DNA of 63,951 nucleotides, counting the filler, from Octopus bimaculoides (Eukaryota): the NCBI RefSeq assembly GCF_001194135.2. It is 5 parts of 4 records of this genome, joined end to end, with 100 filler letters (N's around TTAATTAATTAA, not from the genome) between each part and the next. Parts side by side here need not be neighbours in the genome. Positions count along the whole stretch, not along the records: positions 49,650 to 57,525 come from NC_068998.1; positions 57,626 to 63,951 come from NC_069003.1; 3 more parts are not named here. One strand, 5' to 3'. A program made the position numbers and the translations under genes. The stretch's first letter is position 1; each line of letters begins with the position of its first letter. Below the pieces are notes generated by a model. That model was given only the letters and a program-made list of their open reading frames with translations, did not search any database and was not told the origin of the DNA. Of this stretch, positions 52,802-63,500 are shown one piece after another.

Positions 52802-52884
52802 AGATGTATGGGTGAAGAAAATAGAGACAGCTTCAAGGTACTACTTGGAGACAGAGAGGAAAAAGAACGAGAAAGCATATCTGT
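52802..52884 (+). CDS. ITSN: Intersectin (long isoform) exon, PH C-terminal helix: (R)DVWVKKIETASRYYLETERKKNEKAYL
   Basis: Acceptor ttttccttgttgtttgcag, donor TGT|gtaagt. 83 nt, phase 2 to 1, joins the previous exon in frame (AG+A=Arg). Matches recalled human ITSN1 [27 protein letters not shown]. Confidence 0.9.
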
Positions 52885-52902
52885 GTAAGTAGTTTCATCA
52901 TT

Positions 52903-52942
<40 letters not shown>

Positions 52943-53035
52943 CATCATCAATAATATTGTTATTATGTTAGAAACAATCATTATTTTATTATTATTTATA
53001 TTGCTGTTGTCTGATATTGTGTTAAATATTGGTGG

Positions 53036-53965
53036 GGGGGGGGGGGGNNNNNNNNNNNNNNNNNNNNNNGGGGGGGGGTGATGTAATTGAATAATCTCCT
53101 CCTCCTAAATTTCAGGGCTTGTGCCTTTAGTTGAAAGCATTAGCACATTGGACAAAATGCTCTGTAGCATTTCGTCTGCCTTTATGTTCTGAGTTCAAAT
53201 TCCACCGAGGTCGACTTTACCTTTCATCCTTCTGGGGTCGATAAAATTAGTGCCAGTTGAGAACTGGGGGGCGATGTAATCAACTAGCCCCCTCCCCACA
53301 AATTTCAACGGCATTTCATCCATTTTTACATTCCGAGTTCAAATTCTGCCAAGGCTGACTTAGCTTTTCATCCTTTGCAGGGTCAACAAAGTAAGTACCA
53401 GTTGAGCTTGGAGGTCAATTTAATCACGTTAGACCAGTGGTTCCCAAAGTGGATGGTATTGTTCCCCTGGGGGCAGGGGAAAGTTGCAAGGGGACATTGA
53501 AGAAAAGTGGGGCGATAATGGGGTGGCGATTCATGTAAAAACAACAAAATAATGGGTTCATTGGGTTAAGTTTCATTTATGAAATACAGTTGCTTTGAAT
53601 TTGCTTTCAGAAAGAAGTCTGTGTTTGTGATGGTGAGTTGGGGTGGGGGCATTAGAAATGTGGCCTTGGTGTCAAGAAGGCAGCAGGCCAAAAAAGTTTG
53701 GGAACCATTGCCTTAGACTACCACCCCCACCCCCAAAAAGCTCCTGGCCTTGTGCTGAAATTTGAAACCAATATTACCATCTTATAAGGCAGCAAGAATT
53801 GTTAGTGTCTTAATGTTCTGAGTTCAAATTCTGCCAAGGTCGATTTTGTCTTTCATCCTTTTGGGGGTTGATAAATTAAGTACCAGTTGAACACTGGGAT
53901 TGGTGTAATCAACTTACCCCTCCCCCCAAAATTGCTGGCCTTGTGCCAAAAGTTGAAACCCGTAT
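53036..53965 (+). mobile_element. Tandem cluster of about four SINE family C copies
   Basis: ttctgagttcaaattc...ctttcatcct...gtaccagttg...gatgtaatc...ggccttgtgc repeats at ~53190, ~53330 and ~53815, with a tail at ~53060. Confidence 0.85.
53435..53710. mobile_element. hAT (Charlie-like) MITE, 276 bp
   Basis: TIRs cagtggttcccaaa / tttgggaaccattg. 8-bp TSD cgttagac / ccttagac. Confidence 0.88.
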
Positions 53966-53989
53966 TACATATCATTGACGTAATAACTA

Positions 53990-54770
53990 TTTGTTTCTTT
54001 ACATTTTTGATGACATTTTCGGTTTCCTTGAAGCTATGATGTCAATCTTACCATTGTGCATGTGCTCAAGAATTGCATTGGTGCATGTGATTGTATTTGT
54101 GTGCATATATATATATATGTGTGTTTGTGCATACGTGGGTGTTTGTGTGCATGTTTCTAACATCTGTGTGAATGTATTTGTGCGTTTGTGTGTGTATGTG
54201 TTAGTGCGTGCATGTGTGTGATGTACGTGCTTGTACATTTTTGTGTGTACATGTGTAATTGTGTGTGTGTGTGTGTGCATGTGTGTGTGTGTCTGTATGA
54301 ATGTGATGGATGTGTGTATGTTTGTCTGTGTGCTTCCACATGTATGTGTGTATTTGCATGTGTGTTTCTACATGTATGTGTTTGTGTGTGAGTGTGTCTA
54401 GATGTATGTGTGGTTCTGTGTGTGTTAGTGTTTCTACACGTGTGTGTGCGTTAGTGTTTCTACATGTATGTGTGTGTGTATATGTTTCTACACGTATGTG
54501 TGTGTTTCTACATGTATGTGTGTGGTTGTGTGTGTGTGTGCATGTGTTTGTGTGTGCGTGTGTGTTGTGTGTGTATGTTTCTGCACATATGTGCATCTGT
54601 GTTTCTACATGTATGTGTGTATGTGTGTGTGTTTCTACATGTATGTTTGTATGTTTCTACATGTATGTGCATGTGTTTTTCGACACATATGCATGCACAT
54701 TTCTACACACATATGTGTGTGTGTCTGAATATTTGTGTGCATATGTGCACGTATATGTATGCCAGTACCT
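53990..54770. repeat. (GT)-rich microsatellite/minisatellite with recurring gtgtttctacatgtat unit
   Basis: Read directly from the sequence. Confidence 0.9.
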
Positions 54771-54944
54771 TCCTGTCATTTCTATTTATGTCATGAAGAG
54801 GGCTCTCCTACGATGACTGCAGAACATTCCACTACGTATGTGGCTGTTTGTTTTAAAATATCACGTTTTGAACTTTTCCATTTATATATGACACACAGAA
54901 TGGAGCTCATGTTTTGGTTTTTAGTTTTTGTTGGGGGTTTTTCT

Positions 54945-54977
<33 letters not shown>

Positions 54978-55107
54978 CTTTTGATGGTTTAATCAGAGGA
55001 GGAAGATTGTGTGGAAGCTTCTCCTGGGTTTCAATGTGTACTGAGTAAAAATAACAGGCTTGCAACAGTTTAATAGTGAGAGAAAAGAAGAGAGGGAAGG
55101 GGAGGAA

Positions 55108-55325
55108 GAGAGTAAGGAGAGATGGAGAGCGAAGGATAAAGAGAGTAAGGAGAGGTGGAGGGCAAAGGAGGGAGAGAGTAAGGAGAGATGGAGAGCAAAG
55201 GAGGGAGAGATAGAATTGAAGAGGCAGGAGAGTGTGAGAAAAGGAGGGAGGAAAAATGGGAGAGTGAGGAGAGATGGGGAGCAAAAGAGGAAGAGAGTAA
55301 GGAGAGATGGAGAGCAAAGGAGGAA
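55108..55325. repeat. 33-bp purine-rich minisatellite
   Basis: gagagtaaggagagatggagagcaaaggaggga x3 at 55108-55206, plus variants. Confidence 0.9.
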
Positions 55326-55814
55326 GAGGAGGAAGAGAAGGAGGAGGAAGGTGTGGTGGTGGTAGTTGTTGTTGGTGGTGGTGGTGATGATGATGATGAT
55401 GATGGCGATTATGGTGATGGTAGTGGTGATGGTGGTGGTAGTGACTACACTAGTGTTCTTTTCCTTAACGCTAGTCATCTGGTTTTGTTCAGTGAGGGTT
55501 TCCCAGATTTTTCTGCTCCAAACAGCTGCTCACTGAAGCATATGAACTACACCCTGGACTGACCAACATCAAACTAGACTAGACTGGACTAGACAGGACT
55601 GGACCAGACTGAACTGGACTGACAGCCTGACATAATTAGTTCAATCGATTCTTGGGCTGGGGTGGTGGTGTTCCCTTATAAACTCTACCTTAATTATTAG
55701 CTTCTTATATATTGATCAGAAGGAATATTTAGTTAGTTTACTGCAATTAAAGATCTGACCTTGTGCTGTAATTGTCAGAGAGCAATCAAGTGTATATGAG
55801 TGTGTATATTCATA

Positions 55815-55847
<33 letters not shown>

Positions 55848-56286
55848 TTGCACTTCTGCTTTTACATGGGTATGCATGTATCTTTAAGTACGCATCCGGC
55901 TAAAGTTCTGGCTTTGTGCCATAGTTATTCAGAGAGCAGCCATGTGCTTTCATTTGTGTATTTGTGAATATGTTAGTGTGTATGTATGTGTGTGTGTGTG
56001 TATGTGTGTGTGCATATTTTTCTGTTTCTAAGTATGTGAGCGCATGCGTGTGTTTTTGTATGTATGTATGTGTGCTTACATATTGTGTGTTTATGTGTGC
56101 ATGCTTATGCAAGTGTGCACATCCATGTATACCCATGCGAATATGTATAACATCTTATTCAATTTGTCTACTGATTGCTTGGCTATATCTGATTATGAAA
56201 CTCTGAGTAACAATACTTTAGATTATATAAGAATTATATCAGTATATGCATGAGTTCTAGCATGGAAAGTGTTGATATATATATAT

Positions 56287-56646
56287 CGATGACGAGGGTT
56301 CCAGTCAATCCGATCAACGGAACAGCCTGCTTGTGAAATAAACGTGCAAGTGGCTGAGTACTCCACAAACATGTGTACTCCTAACATAGTTCTTGAGGAG
56401 ATTCAGCATGACACAGAGGTTGACAAGGCTAGCCCTTCGAAACACAGGCACAACAGAAACATGAATAAAGAGGGAGAGAAAGTTGTGGTGAAAGATTACA
56501 ACAGGGTTCGCCACTGCCCCCTGCCGGAGCCTCATGGTGCTTTAGGTGTTTTCGCTCAATAAACACTCACAACGCCCGATCTGGGAATTGAAACCGCGAT
56601 CCTATGACTGCGAGTCCACTGCCCTAACCACTGAGCCATTGTGCCT

Positions 56647-56649
<3 letters not shown>
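56287..56649 (-). mobile_element. SINE family B, near full length
   Basis: Colinear with 25189-25571. Confidence 0.9.
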
Positions 56650-56719
<70 letters not shown>

Positions 56720-57323
56720 AAGTAGGGAAAAATAAAATATAAGAATGTGAAAATGATTCAAAGCCCCAGGATGAATTTATTCCTTTTGTTAAAAATATTA
56801 AAAATAAAATTCTGTGCTGCAATATAATACATTTTCTTTTTTTATTTTTGTGAGAATTAAAATACATAAATAAAATGGTAATGCTTTTTGATGAAGACTT
56901 TTGCAAGAGGAAATAGATACAAAAAAAAAAAAAGCAAAGAAGAAATTTTGAAGGGTTGGAGAGAACAGAAGAATTATAGTTATTTAAATTTAGATTCTTT
57001 TACACTTGGCCTCATTCCAGTGAAGGTTTTGGCATCTTTATCTTATATTATCGGTTCATTTTGATCTGATAAATTAAACTACCACAAGGAAAATAACAAT
57101 TTATGCATACATATATGTATGTGTGTGTTTTTATATTCACACGTGCGTGCACACACACTCACACACACACATTATACAATATAGATAATATATATGTCAT
57201 ACATATTTATATAAACATATAATATATATGTAAATGTATATTACACATATATCTGTGCATGTATGTGTTTATGTGTGTGCATGTGTTTGTGTGTGTGCAT
57301 GTGTGTGTATGATTTCATAAATG

Positions 57324-57339
<16 letters not shown>

Positions 57340-57355
<16 letters not shown>

Positions 57356-57417
57356 CAGAGAGAGAGAGAGTGAGAGATAGATAGATAGATACATACATAC
57401 ATACAGACAGACACACT

Positions 57418-57514
<97 letters not shown>

Positions 57515-57525
57515 ATATATATATA
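57340..57525. repeat. (AG)n, (AGAT)n, (ATCT)n microsatellites
   Basis: Read directly from the sequence. Confidence 0.95.
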
Positions 57526-58039
57526 NNNNNNNNNNNNNNNNNNNNNNNNNNNNNNNNNNNNNNNNNNNNTTAATTAATTAANNNNNNNNNNNNNNNNNNN
57601 NNNNNNNNNNNNNNNNNNNNNNNNNGTCTGTATGTATATATACAAGCATGCACACACATATGAAGCTCCCAGCTCATTTCACGTAAAACTCAAGTATTTG
57701 TACAAAGTCAATTGGTTTTTCAATTGAGACTTACACATTCTGACTTTGTTATTGTTTTGGTGTTAGCATTTGAATAACAGCAACAACTGTAACTGCTGTC
57801 GCTTCCGCAAAAACTGCTTTAACAACTGCACCAGCTGTTGCAGCAATTTCATCTGTTTTAACAGCAAAGACAACAACCAAAGCAGTTCAAAAGGAAAAAT
57901 AGATTGGAAAAAAAAAATAAGGGTTCTTAATTATCATTGTAATTATAGGAACAATTTTTTTTTAACAAATAATTTCTTTAATTACACTGTGTAAAGAAAT
58001 TTTTTAAATTTTATTTATTTTTTATTTATGTATTTATTT

Positions 58040-58310
58040 TGCCTTTGGTCAGTTAGTGTTATTTCCAATTGACTTCTGTCTAGAAAAAGAAAATGACTGT
58101 TATTCTTTTCAAACTTTGGTTTTCTGACCTGGAGATTAATGCTTTGAAACTGACCTGTTTTCCATTATATTTCAGACAAATTCAATACTGAGTTGTAGAA
58201 GCAGAAATATTATTATAGTAAATATTCTGCTCAATACCACAGATTTGNNNNNNNNNNCAGAAATATTATTATAGTAAATATTCTGCTCAATACCACAGAT
58301 TTGTTTGCTC
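58040..58310 (-). repeat. Interspersed repeat, inverted relative to 44228-44445
   Basis: See the 44228-44445 entry. Confidence 0.8.
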
Positions 58311-58609
58311 TCTTTGGTCAGTAAGTGTTATTTCCTATTTGCTTCTGTCTAGAAGTCAAANNNNNNNNNNNNNNNNNNNNNNNNNNNNNNNNNNNNNNNN
58401 NNNNNNNNNNNNNNNNNNNNNNNNNNNNNNNNNNNNNNNNNNNNNNNNNNNNNNNNNNNNNNNNNNNNNNNNNNNNNNNNNNNNNNNNNNNNNNNNNNNN
58501 NNNNNNNNNNNNNNNNNNNNNNNNNNNNNNNNNNNNNNNNNNNNNNNNNNNNNNNNNNNNNNNNNNNNNNNNNNNNNNNNNNNNNNCTCCCATGCGGCCG
58601 AAACGTCCA

Positions 58610-59440
58610 TCTAAGACAGCGATCCAATAGAATAAGTACAAGGCTTACAAAGAAGTCCTGAGGTTGATTTCTTCAACTAAAGGTGGTGCTCCATCATGGC
58701 CACAGTCAGATGACTGAAACATGTAAAATAATAAAAGATTAAAAGAATAAAAGAATATATGTTCATATAAGGCATGGCTGTATTTTAAGAAGTTTGCTTC
58801 CCAACCCCGTAGTTCTAGATTCAGTTCCATTGTATGACACTTTGGGCAAATGTCTTCTACATAGCCTCAGGCCAACCAAAGCTTTGTGAGTGGGTTTGGT
58901 GGACGGAAACTGAAAGAAGCCCCACCCAGGGCACATTATTTTTGTAGGCACAGGAGTGGCTGTGCGGTAAGTAGCTTGCTTACCAACCACATAGTTCTGG
59001 GTTCAGTCCCATTGCGTGGCATNNNNNNNNNNNNNNNNNNNNNNNNNNNNNNNNNNNNNNNNNNNNNNNNNNNNNNNNNNNNNNNNNNNNNNNNNNNNNN
59101 NNNNNNNNNNNNNNNNNNNNNNNNNNNNNNNNNNNNNNNNNNNNNNNNNNNNNNNNNNNNNNNNNNNNNNNNNNNNNNNNNNNNCCCCCCCCCTCCAACA
59201 TTGCTTGACAACTGGTGTTGGTGTGTTTACGTCTCCGTAAAACTTAGCGGTTCGGCAAAAGAGACCAATAGAATAAGTATTAGGTCTACAAAGAATAAGT
59301 AAGTCGTGGAGTCGATTAGCTCGACTAAAGGCGATGCTCCANNNNNNNNNNGAATAAGTAAGTCGTGGAGTCGATTAGCTCGACTAAAGGCGATGCTCCA
59401 GCATTGCCGCAGTTAAATGACTGAAACAAGTAAAAGAATA
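58610..59440 (+). mobile_element. Tandem cluster of SINE family A (3' end, 5' half, gapped full copy)
   Basis: caatagaataagtac...gactgaaac at ~58625; head at ~58770; head aggcacaggagtggctgtgcggtaag at ~58946; tail at ~59420. Confidence 0.85.
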
Positions 59441-60559
59441 AAAGAGTGTGTGTGTGTGCGCGCGTGCATGTGTGTGTGTGTGTGCGTGTGTATGTGTGTG
59501 CCTTTGTGTCTCTGTCCCCTACCACCACTTGTTAAGTGGTGTGTTCATGTCCCTNNNNNNNNNNGTGTCTCTGTCCCCTACCACCACTTGTTAAGTGGTG
59601 TGTTCATGTCCCTGTAACCTAGTGATTCTGTAAAGGATGAAGTCATGGGGGAAAGAAAACAGACCAACAAAGACAGCTATATNNNNNNNNNNNNNNNNNN
59701 NNNNNNNNNNNNNNNNNNNNNNNNNNNNNNNNNNNNNNNNNNNNNNNNNNNNNNNNNNNNNNNNNNNNNNNNNNNNNNNNNNNNNNNNNNNNNNNNNNNN
59801 NNNNNNNNNNNNNNNNNNNNNNNNNNNNNNNNNNNNNNNNNNNNNNNNNNNNNNNNNNNNNNNNNNNNNNNNNNNNNNNNNNNNNNNNNNNNNNNNNNNN
59901 NNNNNNNNNNNNNNNNNNNNNNNNNNNNNNNNNNNNNNNNNNNNNNNNNNNNNNNNNNNNNNNNNNNNNNNNNNNNNNNNNNNNNNNNNNNNNNNNNNNN
60001 NNNNNNNNNNNNNNNNNNNNNNNNNNNNNNNNNNNNNNNNNNNNNNNNNNNNNNNNNNNNNNNNNNNNNNNNNNNNNNNNNNNNNNNNNNNNNNNNNNNN
60101 NNNNNNNNNNNNNNNNNNNNNNNNNNNNNNNNNNNNNNNNNNNNNNNNTATATCTTATACATTAGATTCTTACATACATTTGGCTGGAATTATGGTAACA
60201 TATTCATGTAGGTGTATATGTGTTTGAAAGTGTATCTATATGCATGCGTGTGTGTGTGTGTGTGTNNNNNNNNNNNNNNNNNNNNNNNNNNNNNNNNNNN
60301 NNNAGATAGATAGATAGATAGAAAGACAGACGGACAGATAGATAGATAGACAACTTTCTTTATTGATCACACTGGGCTGAACATAGAGGGGACAAATACA
60401 ATGTTGAGTTTTTCTTTTCGAGGGGGTGGGGGCGAAAACAAAATAAAATAAAATAAAAAATAAATTTAGGGACAACGACCAAAAGGGATNNNNNNNNNNA
60501 ATCGTTTGGGATATACACAAAAAAGTCGAAATAATACAAAAGTTCCCCAAAATTGGGGA

Positions 60560-61716
60560 GGTTTATCCGTGGAAAGAAAAGCCTACGAAAAGACCACGGT
60601 AACCTCGGGCAACAATGTCACATATTAACACATTTATTTACAAATAAGTAACTCTCTGTTTTGAATCTTTTTTTCCGGTTCATAGGATCATGCTCAAGGT
60701 GGCTTTGTCATTCATACGTGCCATCCTTGTTACATTCACCCATCTTTTTTTGAAACATTCGCTAGACAAAACTTGCCTTTCTATTCTCACCTTCCATTTC
60801 AAGTGATACTTGAAAAAGTTGATGAGAGATTGACNNNNNNNNNNAGTGTTTGTCTCTAATCCTTTCAGACGCGTCCACCAGATACATTCTTTCGTCATAG
60901 CCACAAGTACAATGAAAATAGCTCTTCGTTCCCGTTTGAAGGAAGGAGGCATGACAATATTGACGATAGACTCGGCCGATAAAGCGTGCAGAATGGTTTC
61001 GTCGATCTGACTGCATCTCGGGCATGTCGGCCCGGTGTTTCTCGAGCCGTGCCTGTAGAGCTTATCCCGAACGGGTANNNNNNNNNNNNNNNNNNNNNNN
61101 NNNNNNNNNNNNNNNNNNNNNNNNNNNNNNNNNNNNNNNNNNNNNNNNNNNNNNNNNNNNNNNNNNNNNNNNNNNNNNNNNNNNNNNNNNNNNNNNNNNN
61201 NNNNNNNNNNNNNNNNNNNNNNNNNNNNNNNNNNNNNNNNNNNNTAATCCCCTATAGAATGCTTTGGTTGTGATGCAGTCGCTCAAGGTCGACCTGAGAC
61301 GGTAGAGTTGCTCCAGAGCAACGCGACACTCGCGGTGCCATTCGCCCTTCCTCNNNNNNNNNNTTCTTGATCCACGACTGCAGCTCGGTCATGAAGACGA
61401 GCTGCGGGAAAGCACGTCGCACAAACAGCGACCACACCTGTTCAGTGTCGTCTATATAGAGCCGGAGATGTCGCAGTTTCAGCGCATGTCTGTGCATCAT
61501 CAACCACAGCATGCCCAGCCCACCTTTCAGCGGGTGTTGACAGCAAACGGATCGCCTGACCATCAGAACGCTTCCTTTCCACAAGAAGCGGAAGAGGATG
61601 CGCTCCAGNNNNNNNNNNCATCAGAACGCTTCCTTTCCACAAGAAGCGGAAGAGGATGCGCTCCAGTTGGTGATGGTAGGGTCAGGATAAAGCACGACGG
61701 TCAGGCGGTAGTAGAT
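60560..61716 (-). mobile_element. Tx1/L1-clade LINE 3' portion
   Basis: WKGSV.MVRRSVCCQHPLKGGLGM.WL...HALKLRHL; CPRCSQIDETILH (CCHC knuckle); ...KECIWWTR...FKKRW; ends in an A-rich tail. Confidence 0.85.
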
Positions 61717-61917
61717 GACTTCACAGGTCAAATTCAACATTCACATATATCTACGGCCATTTCATAAAAGTATAAACTTTTCATAAAAAAAATTTTGATC
61801 TGTGCGTGTTTCCTGTTACCTGTTTATCCTGATGCACTTTAATCTAAATAAGCTGCGGTGGTGAGCTCCCGAAATGGCCATAGATATATGTGAATGTTGA
61901 ATCTGACCTGTGAAGTC
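61717..61917. mobile_element. Small MITE-like element, 47-bp TIRs
   Basis: 61717-61763 and 61871-61917 are reverse complements with 2 mismatches. Confidence 0.75.
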
Positions 61918-63203
61918 TGTTCATTATGAACTTTTGGACGTACTTGTGTGAGGGGAGTAAAAGACTTTTCTCAAGATGTATATGAACTTGACCTGTGGAA
62001 GTCTGTTTACTTATGAACTTTGGACGTACTTGTATGATGGAAGTAAAAGACTTTTTTCAAATATTTTTCAAATATTAAAAAAAAAATTTTTTTTAATTAA
62101 AACAAAAAACGTTTTATAACGAATGATTCTTTAGGTTTTGGTAGTTTATGAATTTTTAGCCGTTTATATTTAACTTTTTGATAGGCNNNNNNNNNNTTGG
62201 TAGTTTATGAATTTTTAGCCGTTTATATTTAACTTTTTGATAGGCTGTTCTTTTTGTATTTTATTCAATTATATATTTTTACCTTCTGTGATATTATGTA
62301 TACGTATTATTTTTTATGTGTTTGGGAACCATGGTGATTTTTATATATGATTANNNNNNNNNNTATTTTTTATGTGTTTGGGAACCATGGTGATTTTTAT
62401 ATATGATTAAATGCTTGAGGGATGGTGTTCTATGTAAAGTCATTGACCCAAATTTAATGTTTGTTCTATAACCAATGCTTNNNNNNNNNNAAGTCATTGA
62501 CCCAAATTTAATGTTTGTTCTATAACCAATGCTTCTTTATCTTTCTCTCATTTATATTTGAGCACTTCTAGTCCTATAAACTCTTTTGTTTCCAGAAAAA
62601 GAAACAAATATTATTTCTTGTTGTATATGTATGTGTGTATACATACATACACATATATATATATATATATATATANNNNNNNNNNNNNNNNNNNNNNNNN
62701 NNNNNNNNNNNNNNNNNNNNNNNNNNNNNNNNNNNNNNNNNNNNNNNNNNNNNNNNNNNNNNNNNNNNNNNNNNNNNNNNNNNNNNNNNNNNNNNNNNNN
62801 NNNNNNNNNNNNNNNNNNNNNNNNNNNNNNNNNNNNNNNNNNNNNNNNNNNNNNNNNNNNNNNNNNNNNNNNNNNNNNNNNNNNNNNNNNNNNNNNNNNN
62901 NNNNNNNNNNNNNNNNNNNNNNNNNNNNNNNNNNNNNNNNNNNNNNNNNNNNNNNNNNNNNNNNNNNNNNNNNNNNNNNNNNNNNNNNNNNNNNNNNNNN
63001 NNNNNNNNNNNNNNNNNNNNNNNNNNNNNNNNNNNNATATAACGTTTAATATATATATACACACAGACACATATACACACCTACAAACATACATATATAT
63101 GTAAATATGTATGTGTAAAGTGAGAGAAGAGCAAACATTAATAATCTCTACCATTGTGTTGTCTTTCACTTTGATGTTGTGGTCTTAATATTGTGTTTTA
63201 GAT

Positions 63204-63500
63204 TAAGGAGGTGAGCTGGCAGAATCATTAGCATGCCGGACAAAATGCCTCTCATTCCATTCAGGATTTATAGGGGTCAGTGTAATCAACGAAAACCCTA
63301 AAAGCATCCTCCAGATTTTCAGATTTTGTGTATCAATACAAAAAAGAAATATTGTCTTTTGGATTAAGGCCATGAGCTGATAGAATCTTTAGCATGCTGG
63401 ACAAAATGCTTAGTATTCTGAGTTCAAAAAGTCAACTTCGCCTCTAATCCCTTTCAGTATAATCCATAAACTCACTCCACCAAATTTTCAAGCTTTGTGT
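63204..63500 (+). mobile_element. Two degenerate SINE family C copies
   Basis: taaggaggtgagctggcagaatcattagcatgccggacaaaatgc; a second head at ~63365. Confidence 0.7.

Noticed and set aside
52546-52878. 110-aa minus-strand ORF overlapping the intersectin exon
   Set aside because: No recognisable domain; the + strand reading has splice sites and clear homology.
57735-57852. Exon-like segment on the minus strand (aaacag|ATG...TGT|gtaagt)
   Set aside because: All three frames contain stops, and the content looks like decayed (GCT/GTT)n repeat. It could only be non-coding; no support.
58197-62520. Short direct duplications flanking 10-N gaps (e.g. ~58200/58258, ~59290/59351, ~59505/59565, ~61560/61620, ~62140/62197, ~62305/62364, ~62440/62491)
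   Set aside because: Identical sequence on both sides of a 10-N gap is the signature of unmerged overlapping contig ends, not tandem repeats.
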